From the human T2T-CHM13v2.0 reference genome, Homo sapiens, in assembly GCF_009914755.1 (NCBI RefSeq), contig NC_060933.1: a stretch of 64,000 nt of DNA, one strand, 5' to 3'. The notes under the pieces were generated by a model. It was not told the origin of the DNA, ran no database searches, and saw only the letters and a list, made by a program, of their open reading frames with translations. Each line of letters starts with the position of its first letter. Within the stretch, counting starts at the first letter, position 1. Below, in pieces: positions 1-15,170 of this stretch. Made by a program: the position numbers and the translations under genes.

Positions 1-3000
1 ATTCCACTCGGAATGATTCCATTCCATTCCGTTCCATTCCATTCCATTCGATTCTATTTCCTACCATTGCTTTCTATTCCGTACCATTCCATTTCATTCC
101 ATTCCATGCCATTCCACTCTGGTTGATTCCATTGCTTTCCATTCCATTTGGGTTGAATCCATTCCATTCCATTCCATTCCATTCCATTCCATTGCACTAG
201 GTTTGATTCCATTCCACTGCATTCCATTCCATTCCATTCCATTCCATTCCATTCCATTCCATTCCGTTCCATTCAGTTCCATTACATTCGGATTGATTCT
301 TTTTAATTCCCTCAGACTCCATTACATTCCATTCCATTCGGGTACTTTCCATTCCATTCCATTCCATTCCATTCCATTCCACTGCATTATATTGCACTCG
401 GGTTTATTGATTCCATTCCATTGCATTCCATTCCATTCCATTCCATTCCGGATGATTCCATTCCATTGCATTCCATTCTATTCCATTCCCCTGCACTCGG
501 GTTGATTCCATTCCATTCCATTCCATTCTATTCCGTTCCGTTCCATTCGATTCCATTCCATTCTGTTCAGGTTAATTCCATTCCATTCCATTCCCTTCCA
601 TTCCATTCCATTCCATTCCATTGCAATCGAATTGATTCCATTGCATTCCATTTCATTCCATTCCATTGCATTCCATTCCATTCCTATCCCCTGCACTCAG
701 GTTGATTCCATTCCATTCCATTCCATTCCATTCCATTCTATTCCATTCCATTCTATTCGCGGTAATTCCATTCCATTCCATTCCATTACCTTCCATTGCA
801 ATCGAGTTGATTCCATTCCATTCCGTTCCTTTCCATTCCATTCCATTCAAATCCTTTCCATTCCATTCCAGTCGTGTTGATTCCATTTTATTAGTTTCCA
901 TTCCATTCCATTCCCTTCCATTCCACTCTGGTTGATTCCATTCCTTTCCATTCCACTCGAATACATTCCCTTCTATTCCACTCGGAATGATTCCATTCCA
1001 TTCCGTTCAATTCCATTCCATTCCATTCCATTTCTTTCCATTCCATTCTATTCCGTACCATTCCATTCCATTCCACTCCATTCCATTCCATTCCATTCCA
1101 TTCCATTCCATTCCATTCCATTCCATTCCATTCCATGCCATTCCACTCGGGTTGATTCCATTGCTTTCCATTCCATTTGGGTTGAATCCATTCCATTCCA
1201 TTCCATTCCATTCCATTCCATTCAATTGCACTAGGTTTGATTCCATTCCACTGCATTCCATTCCATTCCATTCCATTCCATTCCACTCCATTCCATTCCA
1301 TTCCCCCGCACTCGGGTTCATTCCATTCCATTGCATTTCCTTCCATTCCATTCCATTCCATTCCATTCCATTCCATTCCATTGCATTCCATTCCATTCCA
1401 TTGCAATCGAGTTGATTCCATTCCATTCTTTCTATTCAATTCCGGATGATTCCATTCCATTGCCTTCAATTCCATTCCATTCCCCTGCACTCGGGTTGAT
1501 TCCATTCCATTCCATTCCATTCCATTCCATTCCATTCCATTTCATTCTATTCCATTTCTTTCCATTCCATTCTATTCCGTACCATTCCATTCCATTCCAT
1601 TCCATTCCATTCCATTCCATTCCATTCCATTCTATTCGGGTTAATTCCATTCCACTCCATTCCATTCCATTCCATTCCATTCCATTCCATTCCATGCCAT
1701 TCCACTCGGGTTGATTCCATTGCTTTCCATTCCATTCGAGTTGAATACATTCCAATCCATTCCATTGCATTCGATTCCATTCCATTGCACACGGGTTCAT
1801 TCCATTCCATTCCATTCCATTCCATTGCATTCGAGTTGATTCCATTACATTCCATTCAATTCCGGATGATTCCATTCCATTGCCTTCAATTCCATTCCAT
1901 TCCCCTGCACTCGGGTTGATTCCATTCCATTCCATTCCATTTCATTCCATTCCATATCGTTCCATTCCATTCTATTCCATACCATTCCATTCCATTCCAT
2001 TCCATTCCATTCCATTCCATTCCATTCCATGCCATTCCACTCGGGTTGATTCCATTCCTTTCCATTCCATTCGAGTTGAATCCATTCCATTCCATTCCAT
2101 TCCATTCGATTCCATTCCATTGCACACGGGTTCATTCCATTCCATTCCATTCCATTCCATTCCATTCCATTTCGTTCCATTCCATTCTATTCCGTACCAT
2201 TCCATTCCATTCCATTCCATTCCATTCCATTCCACTCCATTCCATTCCACTCCATTCCATGCCATTCCACTCGGGTATATTCCATTCCTTTCGATTCCAT
2301 TCGGGTTGAATCCATTCCATTCCATTCCATTCCATTCGATTCCATTACATTGCACTCGGGTTGATTCCATTCCACTCCATTCCATTACATTTCATTCCAT
2401 TCCACTCCATTCCATTTCATTCAATTCTATTCCATTCAATGCCATTCCATTCGTGTTTATTCCATTCCTTTCCATTCCATTCGAGTTGAACCCATTCCAT
2501 TCCATTCCATTCCATTCCATTCCATTCCGTTCCATTCCATTGCACACGGGTTCATTCCATTCCATTCCATTACATTACATTACATTCCATTACATTACAT
2601 TCCATTTCGTTCCTTTCAATTCTATTCCGTTCCATTCCATTCCATTCCATTCCGGATGATTCCATTCCACTGCATTCCATTCCATTAAATTCCCCTGCAC
2701 TTGGGGTGATTCCTTTCCATTCTATTCCATTCCATTCCTTTACATTCCATTCAATTCCATTCTATTCGGGTTAATTCCATTCCATTCCATTCCATTCAAT
2801 TCCATTCCATTGCAATCGAGTTGATTCCATTGCATTCCATTCCATTCCATTCCAGTCCTTTCCATTCCATTCCACTCGGGTTGATTCCATTCTATTCCTT
2901 TCCATTCCATTCGATTCCATTCCATTCCACTCTGGTTGATTCCATTCCTTTTCATTCCACTCGAAAACATTTCCTTCTATTCCACTCGGAATGATTCCAT

Positions 3001-6000
3001 TCCATTCCATTTCGTTCTTTCCATTCTATTCAGTACCATTCCATTCCATTCCATTCCATTCCATTCCATTCCATGCCATTCCACTCGCGTTGATTCCATT
3101 CCTTTCCATTCCATTCGAGTTAAATCCATTCCAATCCATTCCATTCCATTCGATTCCATTCCATTGCACACGGGTTCATTGCATTCCATTCTATTCCATT
3201 CCATTCCATTCCATTCCATTTCGTTCCATCCCATTCTATTCCGTACCATTCCATTCCATTCCATTCCATTCCATTCCACTCCATTCCATGCCATTCCATT
3301 CGGGTTTATTCCATTCCTTTCCATTCCATTCGGGTTGAATCCATTCCATTCCATTCCATTCCATTCGATTCCATTACATTGCACTCGGGTTGATTCCATT
3401 CCATTCCATTCCATTACATTTCATTCCATTCCACTCCATTCCATGCCATTCCACGCGGGTTTATTCCATTCCTTTCCATTCCATTCGTGTTGAATCCATT
3501 CCATTCCATTCCATTCCATTCGATTCCATTACACTGCACTCGGGTTGATTCAATTCCATTCCATTCCATTACATTTCATTCCATTCCATTCCATTCCATT
3601 CCATTCTATTCCATTCCATTCCATTCCATTGCACACGGGTTCATTCCATTCCATTCCATTCCATTCCATTCCATTCCATTGCGTTCCATTCCATTCCATT
3701 CTTTTCTGTTCAGGTTAATTCCATTCCATTCCTTTCCCTTCCATTCCATTCCATTCCATTCCATTGCAATCGAGTTGATTCCATTGCATTCTATTCCATT
3801 ACATTCCATTGCAATCCATTCCATTCCATTCCCCTGCACTCAGGTTGATTCCATTCGATTCCGTTCCATTCCATTCCATTCCATTCCGTTCCATTCCATT
3901 CCATTCCATTCTATTCGCTTTAATTGCATTCCATTAAATTACATTGCATTCCATTGCAATCCACTTGATTCCATTCCTTTCCGTTCCATTCCATTCCATT
4001 CCATTCCATTTCGTTCCATTCCATTCTATTCCGTACCTTTCCATTCTATTGCATTCCATACCATTCAATTCCATTCCGTTCCATTCCATTCCATGCCATT
4101 CCACTCGGGTTGATTCCATTGCTTTCCATTCCATTTGGGTTGAATCCATTCCATTCCATTCCATTCCATTCCATTCCATTCCATTCCATTGCACTAGGTT
4201 TGATTCCATTCCACTGCATTCCATTCCATTCCATTCCATTCCGTTCCTTTCCATTCCATTACATTCGGATTGATTGTATTCAATTCCCTTACACTCCATT
4301 TCATTCCATTCCATTCGGGTTGTTTCCATTCCATTCCATTCCATTCTATTCCATTTCGTTCCATTCCATTCTATTCGGTACCATTCCATTCCATTCCATT
4401 CCATTCCATTCCATGCCATTCCACTTGGGTTGATTCCCTTCCTTTCCATTCCATTCGGGTTGAATCCATTCCATTCCATTCCATTCCATTCCATTCCATT
4501 CCTTTCCATTCCATTACACACGGGTTGATTCCATTCCATTCCTTTCTGTTCCATTCCGGATGACTCCATTCCATTCCATTCCATTCCATTCCCCTGCCCT
4601 CGGGTTCATTACATTCCATTCCATTTACTTCCATTCCATTCCATTCCATTCAATTCCATTCTATTCGGGTTAATTCCATTCCATTCCATTCCATTCCATT
4701 CCATTCCATTGCATTCCATTGCAATCAAGTTGATTCCATTCCATTAAATTCAATTCCGGATGATTCCATTCCATTGCCTTCAATTCCATTCCATTCCCCT
4801 GCACTCGGGTTGATTCCATTCCATTCCATTCCATTCCATTTCATTCCATTCCATTTCGTTCCATTCCATTCTTTTGCGTTCCATTCCATTCCATTCCATT
4901 CCATTGCTTTCCATTCTATTCGGGTTAATTCCATTCCATTCCATTCCATTCCATTCCATTCCATTCCGTTCCATTCAATTCCATTACATTCGGATTGATT
5001 CTTTTTAATTCCCTTACACTCCATTACATTCTATTCCATTCGGGTAGTTTCCATACCATTCCATTCCATTCCACTGCATTCTATTGCACTCGGGTTGATT
5101 GATTCCATTCCATTGCATTCCATTCCATTCCATTCCATTCCGGATGATTCCATTCCATTGCATTCCATTGCATTCCATTCCCCTGTACTCGGGTTGATCC
5201 CATTCCATTGCATTCTATTCCATTCCATTCCATTCCATTCCATTCCGTTCCGTTCCGTTCCATTCCATTCCCTTCCATTCTGTTCAGGTTAATTCCATTC
5301 CATTCCATTCCCTTCCATTCCATTCCATTCCATTCCATTCCATTCCATTCCATGCCATTCCACTCGGGTTGATTCCATTCCATTCCTTTCCATTCCATTC
5401 GAGTTGAACCCATTCCATTCCATTCCATTCCATTGCATTCCACTCGGGTTGATTCCATTCCTTTCCATTCCATTCGGGTTGAAACCATTCCATTCCATTC
5501 CATTCCTTTCGATTCCATTCCATTTCACTCGGGTTGATCCCATTCCATTGCATTCCATTCCATTCCTTTGCATTCCATTCCGTTCCATTCCATTCCATTA
5601 CATTCGTATTGATTCTATTCAATACCCTTACTCTCCATTACATTCCATTCCTTTCGGGTTGTTTCCATTCCATTCCATTCCATTCCACTCCATTCCATTT
5701 CAATCGGGTGATTCCATTACATTCCATTGCATTCCATTCCATTCCATTCCATTCCGTATGATTCCATTCCATTGCATTCCATTCCATTCCATTCCCTTGC
5801 ACTCGGGTGGATTCCATTCTATTCCATTCCATTCCATTCCATTCCATTCCATTCCATTCCATTCTATTCGGGTTAATTTCATTCCATTCCATTCCATTCC
5901 CTTCCATTGCATTCCATTCCATTCCATTCCATTCCATTGAAATCGAGTTGATTCCATTCCATTCCATTCCATTCCATTCCATTCCATTCCATTCCATTCC

Positions 6001-9000
6001 ATTCCATTCTATTCGGGTTAATTCCATTCCATTCCTTTCCATTCCATTCCATTCCCTTCCATTCCATTCTATTCCATTCCATTCCATTCCATTCCATCCT
6101 ATTAGGGTTAATTCCATTCCATTCCATTCCATTCCATTCCATCCGATTCCATTCCATTCCATTGCAATCGAGTTGATTCCATTCCATTCCATTCCATTTC
6201 ATTCCATTCAATTCCATTTAACTCGGGTTAATTCCATTCAATTCCATTCCATTACATTCCCTTCCATTCCATTCTATTCCATTCCATTCCATTCCATTCC
6301 ATTCCATTCCATTCCATTCTATTAGGGTTAATTCCATTCCTTTCCATTCCATTCCATTCCATTCCATTCCATTCCATTCCATTGCAATCGAGTTGATTCC
6401 ATTCCATTCCATTCCATTCCATTCAATTCAATTCCATTGAACTCGGGTTAATTCCATTCCATTCCATTCCATTCCATTTCATTCCATTCCATTCCATTCC
6501 ATTCCATTCCATTCCATTCCTTTCCGTTCCATTCCATTACATTCGGATTGATTATATTCAATTCCCTTACACTCCATTACATTCTATTCCATTCGTGTTG
6601 TTTCCATTCTATTCCAGTCCATTCCACTCCATTCCATTGCCCTCTGGTTGATTCCATTCCATTCCCTTCCATTCCGTATGACTCCATTCCATTTCATTCC
6701 ATTCCATTGCATTCCCCTGCACTGGAGTTGATTACATTCCATTCCATTCCCTTCCTTTCCATTCCATTCCATTGTATTCGAGTTAATTCTATTCCATTCC
6801 ATTACATTCCATTCCCTTCCATTCCATTCCATTCCATTCCATTCCATTCCATTGCAATCGACTTGATTCCATTCCATTCCATTCCATTCCATTCCATTCC
6901 GGATGATTCCATTCCATTGCCTTCCATTCCATTCCATTACCATGCACTCGGGTTGTTTCCATTCCATTCCATTCCATTCCATTCCATTTCGTTCCATTCG
7001 ATTCTATTCCGTACCATTCAATTCCATTCCATTCCATGCCATTCCATTCCATTCCAGTCCATGCCATTCCACTCGGGTTGATTTCATTCCTTTCCATTCC
7101 ATTCGAGTTGTATCCTTTCCATTCCATTCCATTCCATTCGATTCCATTCCATTGCACACGGGTTCATTCCATTCCATTCCATTCCATTCCATTCCATTTC
7201 GTTCCATTCCATTCTATTCCGTACCATTCCATTCCATTCCATTCCATTCCAGTCCATTCCATGCCATTCCACTCGGGTTGATTCCATTCCTTTCCATTCC
7301 ATTTGGGTTGAATCCATTCCATTCCATTCCATTCCATTCGATTCCATTACATTACACTTGGGTTGATTCCATTCCATTCCATTCCATTCCATTTCATTCC
7401 ATTCCATTCCATTCCATTCCATTCCATTCCATTCCATTCCATTCCATACCATTCCATTCCATTCCATTCCATGCCATTCCACTCGGGTTGATTCCATTCC
7501 TTTCCATTCCTTTCGAGTTGAAACCATTCCATTCCATTCCATTCCATTCCATTCCATTCCATTGCACACGGGTTCATTCCATTCCATTCCATTCCATTCC
7601 ATTTCGTTTTTTTCCATTCTATTCCGTACCATTCCATTCCATTCCATTCCATTCCATGCCATTCCACTCGGGTTTATTCCATTCCTTTCCCTTCCATTCG
7701 GGTTCAATCCATTCCATTCCCTTCCATTCCATTCGATTCCATTCCATTGCACTCGGGTTGATTCCATTCCATTCCATGCCATTCCATTTCATTCCATTCC
7801 ATTCCATTCCATTCCATTCTATTCCGTTCCATTCCATTCAATTACATTCGTATTGATTCTTTTTAATTCCCTTACACTCCATTACATTCCATTCCATTCG
7901 GGTACTTTCCATTCCATTCCATTCCATTCCACTGCATTCTATTGCACTCGGGTTGATTGATTCCATTCCATTGCATTCCATTCCATTCCATTCCCCTGAA
8001 CTCGGGTGGATTCCATTCCATTCCATTCCATTCCATTCCGTTACATTCCATTCCATTCCATTCTGTTCAGGTTAATTCCATTCCATTCCATTCCCTTCCA
8101 TTCCATTCCAATCTATTCCATTCCATTCCATTCCATTCCCCTGCACTCAGTTTGATTCCATTCCATTCCATTCCGTTCCATTCCATTCCAGTCCATTGTA
8201 TTCGCATTAATTCCATTCAATTCCATTCCATTACATTCCATTGCAGTCGAGTTGATTCCATTCCATTCCATTCCATTCCATTCAAGTCCTTTCCATTCCA
8301 TTCCACTCGTGTTGATTCCATTTTATTAGTTTCTATTCCATTCCATTCCCTTCCATTCCACTCTGATTGATTCCATTCCTTTCCATTCTACTGGAATACA
8401 TTCCCTTCTATTCCACTCTGATTGATTCCATTCCATTCCGTTCCATTCCATTCCATTTCGTTCCATTCCATTCTATTCCATTCCATTCCATTCCATTCCT
8501 TTCCATTCCATTCCGTTCCATTCCATTCCATTCCATTCCATTTCTTTCCATTCCATTCTATTCCATACCATTCCATTCCATTCCGTTCCATGCCATTCCA
8601 CTCGGGTTGATTCCATTGCTTTCCATTCCATTTGGGTTGAATCCATTCCATTCTATTCCATTCCATTCCATTCCATTCCATTGCATTCCATTCCATTGCA
8701 CTAGGATTGATTCCATTCCACTGCATTCCATTCCATTCCATTCCATTCCATTCCGTTCCATTCCATTCCATTACATTCGTATTGATTGTATTCAATTCCC
8801 TTACACTCCATTACATTCCATTCCACTCGGGTTGTTTCCATTCCATTCCATTCCATTCCACTCCATTCCATTGCAGTCGGGTTGATTCCATTCCATTCCA
8901 TTCTATTCCCTTCCATTCCATTTCGTTCCATTCCATTCTATTCCATACCATTCCATTCCAATCCATTCCATTCCACTCCATTCCATTCCATTCCATTCCA

Positions 9001-12000
9001 TGCCATTCCACTCGGGTTGATTCCATTCCATTCCATTCCATTCGGGTTGAAACCATTCCATTCCTTTCCATTCCATTCCATTCCATTCCGGATGATTGCA
9101 TTCCATTGCCTTCCATTCAATTGCATTCCCCTGCACCCGGGTTGATTCCATTGAATTCCATTCCATTCCATTCCGTTCCATTCCATTGCATTCCATTCCA
9201 TTCCATTCCATTCCATTCCATTGCATTCCATTCCATTCCATTCCGTATGATTCCATTCTATTGCATTCTATTCCATTCCATTCCCCTGCAGTCGGGTGGA
9301 TTCCATTCCATTCCATTCCATTCCATTGAAATCGAGTTGATTCCATTCCATTCCATTCCATTCCATTCCATTCCATTCCATTCTATTCGGGTTAATTCCA
9401 TTCCATTCCATTCCATTCCATTCCATTCCATTCCATTCTATTAGGGTTAATTCCATTCCATTCCATTCCATTCCATTCCATTCCATTCCATTCCATTCCA
9501 TTGCAATCGAGTTGATTCCATTCCATTCCATTCCATTCCATTCCATTCAATTCCATTGAACTCGGGTTGATTCCATTCCATTCCATGCCATTCCATTTCA
9601 TTCCAATCCATTGCCTTCCATTCCATTCCATTCCTCTGCACTCGGGTTGATTCCATTCCATTCGTTTCCATTCCATTCCATTCCATTCCATGCCATTCCA
9701 CTCGGGTTGATTCCATTACTTTCCATTACATTCGAGTTGAATCCATTCCATTCGATTCCATTCCATTCGATTCCATTCCATTGCTCACGGGTTCATTCCA
9801 TTCCATTCCATTCCATTCCATTCCATTCCATTCCATTCCATTTCGTTCCATTCCATTCTCTTCCGTACCATTCCATTCCATTCCATTCCACTCCATTCCA
9901 TGCCATTCCACTCGGGTTTATTGCATTCCTTTCCATTCCATTCGGGTTGAATTCATTCCATTACATTCCATTCCATTCCATGCCATTCCTCTCGGGTTTA
10001 TTGCATTCCTTTCCATTCCATTCGGGTTGAATTCATTCCATTCCATTCCATTCCATTCCATTCCATTCCATTCCATTACATTGCACTCGGGTTGATTCCT
10101 TCAATTCCATTCCATTTCATTCCATTCCCTTCCATTCCATTTCATTCCATTCCATTCCATTCCCTTCCATTCCATTCCTTTCCATGCCATTCCACTCGGG
10201 TTGATTCCATTCCTTTCCATTCCATTCCAGTTGAACCCATTCCATTCTTTTCCATTCCATTCCATTCCATTCTATTCCATTTCGTTTCATTCCATTCCAT
10301 TACATTCGGATTGATTCTTTTTAATTCCCTTACACTCCATTACATTCCATTCCATTCGGGTACTTTCCATTCCATTCCATTCCATTCCACTGCATTCTAT
10401 TGCACTCGGGTTGATTGATTCCTTTCCATTGCATTCCATTCCATTCCATTCAATTCCGGATGATTCCATTCCATTGCATTCCATTCCATTCCATTCCGCT
10501 GCACTCGGGTTGATCCCATTCCATTGCATTCCATTCCATTCCATTCCATTCCGTTCCATTCCATTCCATTCCATTCTGTTCAGGTTAATTCCATTCCATT
10601 CCATTCCCTTCCATTCCATTCCATTCCATTCCATTCCATTCCATCCCATTGCAATCGAGTTGATTCCATTGCATTCCATTCCATTCCATTCCATTCCATT
10701 CCATTCCATTCCATTCCACTCCACTCCATGCCATTCCACTCGGGTTTATTCCATTCCTTTCCATTCCATTCGGGTTGAATCCATTCCATTCCATTCCATT
10801 CCATTCGATTCCATTACATTGCACTCGGGTTGATTCCATTGCATTCCATTCCATTACATTCCATTGCATTCCATTCCTTTCCATTCCCCTGCACTCAGGT
10901 TGATTCCATTCGATTCCTTTCCATTCCATTCCATTCGGGTTGTTTCCATTCCATTCCATTCCATTCCACTCCATTCCATTGCAAGCGGGTTGATTCCATT
11001 CCATTCCATTGCATTCCATTCCATTCCATTCCATTCCGTATGATTCCATTCCATTGCATTCCATTCCATTCCATTCCCCTGCACTCGGTTGGATTCCATT
11101 CTATTCCATTCCATTCCATTCCATTCCATTCCATTCTATTCGGGTTAATTTCATTCCATTCCAATCCATTCCCTTCCATTCCATTCCATTCCATTCCATT
11201 CCATTCCATTCCATTGAAATTGAGTTGATTCCATTCCATTCCATTCCATTCCATTCCATTCCATTCTATTCGGGTTAATTCCATTCCATTCCATTCCATT
11301 CCATTCCCTTCCATTCCATTCCATTCCATTCCATTCCATTCTATTAGGGTTAATTCCATTCCATTCCATTCCATTCCATTCCATTCCATTCCACTCCATT
11401 CCATGCCATTCCACTCGGGTTTATTCCATTCCTTTCCATTCCATTTGGGTTGAATCCATTCCATTCCATTCCATTCCATTCCATTCCATTCCATTCCATT
11501 CCATTCCATGCCTTTGCACTCGGGTTGATTCCATTCCTTTCCATTCCATTCGAATTCAACCCATTCCATTCCATTCCATTCCATTCCATTCCATTCCATT
11601 CCATTCCATTGCTCACGGGTTCATTCCATTCCATTCCATTCCATTCCATTCCATTCCATTTCGTTCCATTCCATTCTACTCCGTACCATTCCATTCCATT
11701 CCATTCCCTTCCATGCCATTTCACTCGGGTTTATTCCATTCCTTTCCATTCCATTCGGGTTGAATCCATTCCATTCCACTGCATTCCATTCCATTCCATT
11801 CCATTCCATTGCGCTCGGGTTGATTCCATTCCATTCTATGCCATTCCATTTCATTCCATTCCATTCCATTCCATTCCATTCCTTTCCATTCCATTCCTTT
11901 CCTTTCAATTCCATTCCATTAGATTCGGATTGATTCTTTTTAATTCCCTTACACTCCATTACATTCCATTCCATTCGGGTACTTTCTATTCCATTCCATT

Positions 12001-15000
12001 CCATTCCACTGCATTCTATTGCACTCGCGTTGATTGATTCCATTCTATTGCATTCCATTCCATTCCATTCCATTCCATTCCATTCCATTCTGTTCAGTTT
12101 AATTCCATTCCATTCCATTCCCTTCCATTCCATTCCATTCCATTCCATCCCATTGCAATCGAGGTGATTCCATTGCATTCCATTCCATTCCATTCCATTG
12201 CATTCCATTCCATTCCATTCCCCTGCACTCAGATTGATTCCATTCCATTCCTTTCTATTCCATTCCGTTCCATTCCTTTCCATTCCATTCTATTTGCGTT
12301 AATTCCGTTCCATTCCATTCCATTACATTCCTTTGCAATCGAGTTGATTCCATTCCATTCCGTTCCATTCCATTCCATTCCATTCCATTCCATTCCATTC
12401 CATGCCATTCCACTCGGGTTGATTCCATTCCTTTCCATTCCATTCGAGTTGAATCCATTCCATTCCATTCCATTCCATTCGATTCCATTCCATTGCTCAC
12501 GTGTTCATTCCATTCCATTCCATTCCATTCCATTCCATTTCGTTCCATTCCATTCTCTTCCGTAGTATTCCATTCCATTCCATTCCACTCCATTCCATGC
12601 CATTCCACTCGGGTTTATTCCATTCCTTTCCATTCCATTCGGGTTGAATTCATTCCATTCCATTCCATTCCATTCCATTCAATTCCATTACATTGCACTC
12701 GGGTTGATTCCATTCCATTCCATTCCATTTCAATCCATTCCCTTCCATTCCATTTCATTCCATTCCATTTCATTGCATTCCATTCGATTCCATTCCATTC
12801 CTTTCCATTCCATTCCATGCCATTCCACTCGGGTTGATACCATTCCTTTCCATTCCATTCTAGTTGAACCCATTCCATTCCATTCCATTCCATTGCATTC
12901 CATTCCATTCCATTGCACACCATTCCATTCCATTCCATTTCGTTCCATTCCATTCTATTCCTTACCGTTCCATTCCATTCCATTCCCTTCCATGCCATTT
13001 CACTCGGGTTTATTCCATTCCTTTCCATTCCATTCGGGTTGAATCCATTCCATTCCATTCCATTCCATTCCATTGAACTCGGGTTAATTCCATTCCATTC
13101 CATTCCATTCCATTCCATTCCATTCCATTCCATTCCGTTCCCTTCCATTCCATTACATTCGGATTGATTCTTTTTAATTCCCTTACACTCCATTACATTC
13201 CTTTCCATTCGGGTACTTTCCATTCCATTCCATTCCATTCCACTGCATTCTATTGCACTCGGGTTGATTGATTCCATTCCATTGCATTCCATTCCATTCC
13301 ATTCCCCTGCACTCGGGTTGATCCCATTCCATTGCATTTCATTCCATTCCATTCCATTCCATTCTGTTCCATTCCATTCCATTCCATTCTCTTCAGCTTA
13401 ATTCCATTCCATTCCATTCCCTTCCATTCCGTTCCATTCCATTCCATTCCATTCTGTTCAGGTTAATTCCATTCCATTCCATTCCCTTCCATTCATTTCC
13501 ATTCCATTCCATCCCATTGCAATCTAGTTGATTCCATTGCATTCCATTCCATTCCATTCCATTCCATTGCATTCCATTCCATTCCATTCCCCTGCACTCA
13601 GATTGATTCCATTCCATCCCATTCCATTCCATTCCGTTCCATTACATTCCATTCCATTCTATTCGCGTTAATTCCATTCCATTCCATTCCATTACATTCC
13701 ATTGCAATCGAGTTGATTCCATTCCATTCCGTTCCATTCCATTCCATTCCATTCCATTTCATTCCATTCTATTGTATTCTGTACCATTCCATTCCATTCC
13801 ATTCCATTCCATTCCATTCCATTCCATTCCATTCCGTTCCATTCCATTCCATTGCACTAGGTTTGATTCCATTCCACTGCATTCCATTCCATTCCATTCC
13901 GTTCCATTCCATTCCATTACATTCGGATTGATTGTATTCAATTCCCTTACACTCCATTATATTCCATTCCATTCGGGTTGTTTCCATTCCATTACATTCC
14001 ATTCCACTCCATTCCATTGCACTCAGGTTGATTCCATTCCATTCCATTCCATTCCATTCCATTTCGTTCCATTCCATTCTATTCCGTACCATTCCATTCC
14101 ATTCCATTCCATTCCATTCCATGCGATTCCACTCAGGTTTATTCCATTCCTTTCCATTCCATTCGGGTTGAATCCATTCCATTCCATTAAATTCCATTCC
14201 ATTCCATTCCTTTCCATTCCATTCCTTTGCACTCGGGTTGATTCCATTCCATTCCCTGCCATTCCATTCCATTCCATTCCATTCCATTCCACTGCATTCT
14301 ATTGCACTCGGGTTGATTGATTCCATTCCATTGCATTCCATTCCATTCCATTCCATTCCATTCCATTCCATTCTGTTCAGGTTAATTCCATTCCATTCCA
14401 TTCCCTTCCATTACATTCCATTCCATTCCATCCCATTGCAATCGAGGTGATTCCATTGCATTCCATTCCATTCCATTCCATTGCATTCCATTCCATTGCA
14501 TTCCCCTGCACTCAGATTGATTCCATTCCATTCCTTTCCATTCCATTCCATTCCATTCCTTTCCATTCCATTCTATTTGCGTTAATTCCGTTCCATTCCA
14601 TTCCATTACTTTCCTTTGCAATCGAGTTGATTCCATTCCATTCCGTTCCATTCCATTCCATTCCATTCCATTCCATTCCATGCCATTCCACTCGGGTTGA
14701 TTCCATTCCTTTCCATTCCATTCGAGTTGAATCCATTCCATTCCATTCTATTCCATTCGATTCCATTCCATTGCTCACGTGTTCATTCCATTCCATTCCA
14801 TTCCATTCCATTTCGTTCCATTCCATTCTCTTCCGTAGTATTCCATTCCATTCCATTCCACTCCATTCCATGCCATTCCACTCGGGTTTATTCCATTCCT
14901 TTCCATTCCATTCGGGTTGAATTCATTCCATTCCATTCCACTCCATTCCATTCAATTCCATTACATTGCACTCGGGTTGATTCCATTGCATTCCATTCCA

Positions 15001-15158
15001 TTTCAATCCATTCCCTTCCATTCCATTTCATTCCATTCCATTCCATTCCATTCCATTCCATGCCATTCCACTCGGGTTGATTCCATTACTTTCCATTCCA
15101 TTCTAGTTGAACCCATTCCATTCCATTCCATTCCATTCCATTCCATTCCATTGCACAC
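1..15158 (+). repeat. HSat3 orientation block 1 (CATTC on + strand)
   Basis: The + strand reads (CATTC)n until ...CATTGCACAC at 15149-15158. Confidence 0.97.
12000..15158 (+). repeat. Direct duplication of ~0.9 kb (12000-12920 and 14285-15158); second copy truncated by J1
   Basis: Private markers GAGGTGATT (12161/14444), CGTAGTATT (12561/14834), TAGTTGAACC (12861/15104). Confidence 0.85.
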
Positions 15159-15170
15159 GGAATGGAATGG
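15151..15170. other. Inversion junction J1 (CATTC to GGAAT), 2-bp GG microhomology
   Basis: Sequence is TTGCACAC-GG-AATGGAATGG. GG (15159-15160) fits both the canonical TTGCACACGGGTTC motif and the GGAAT unit. Confidence 0.93.
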
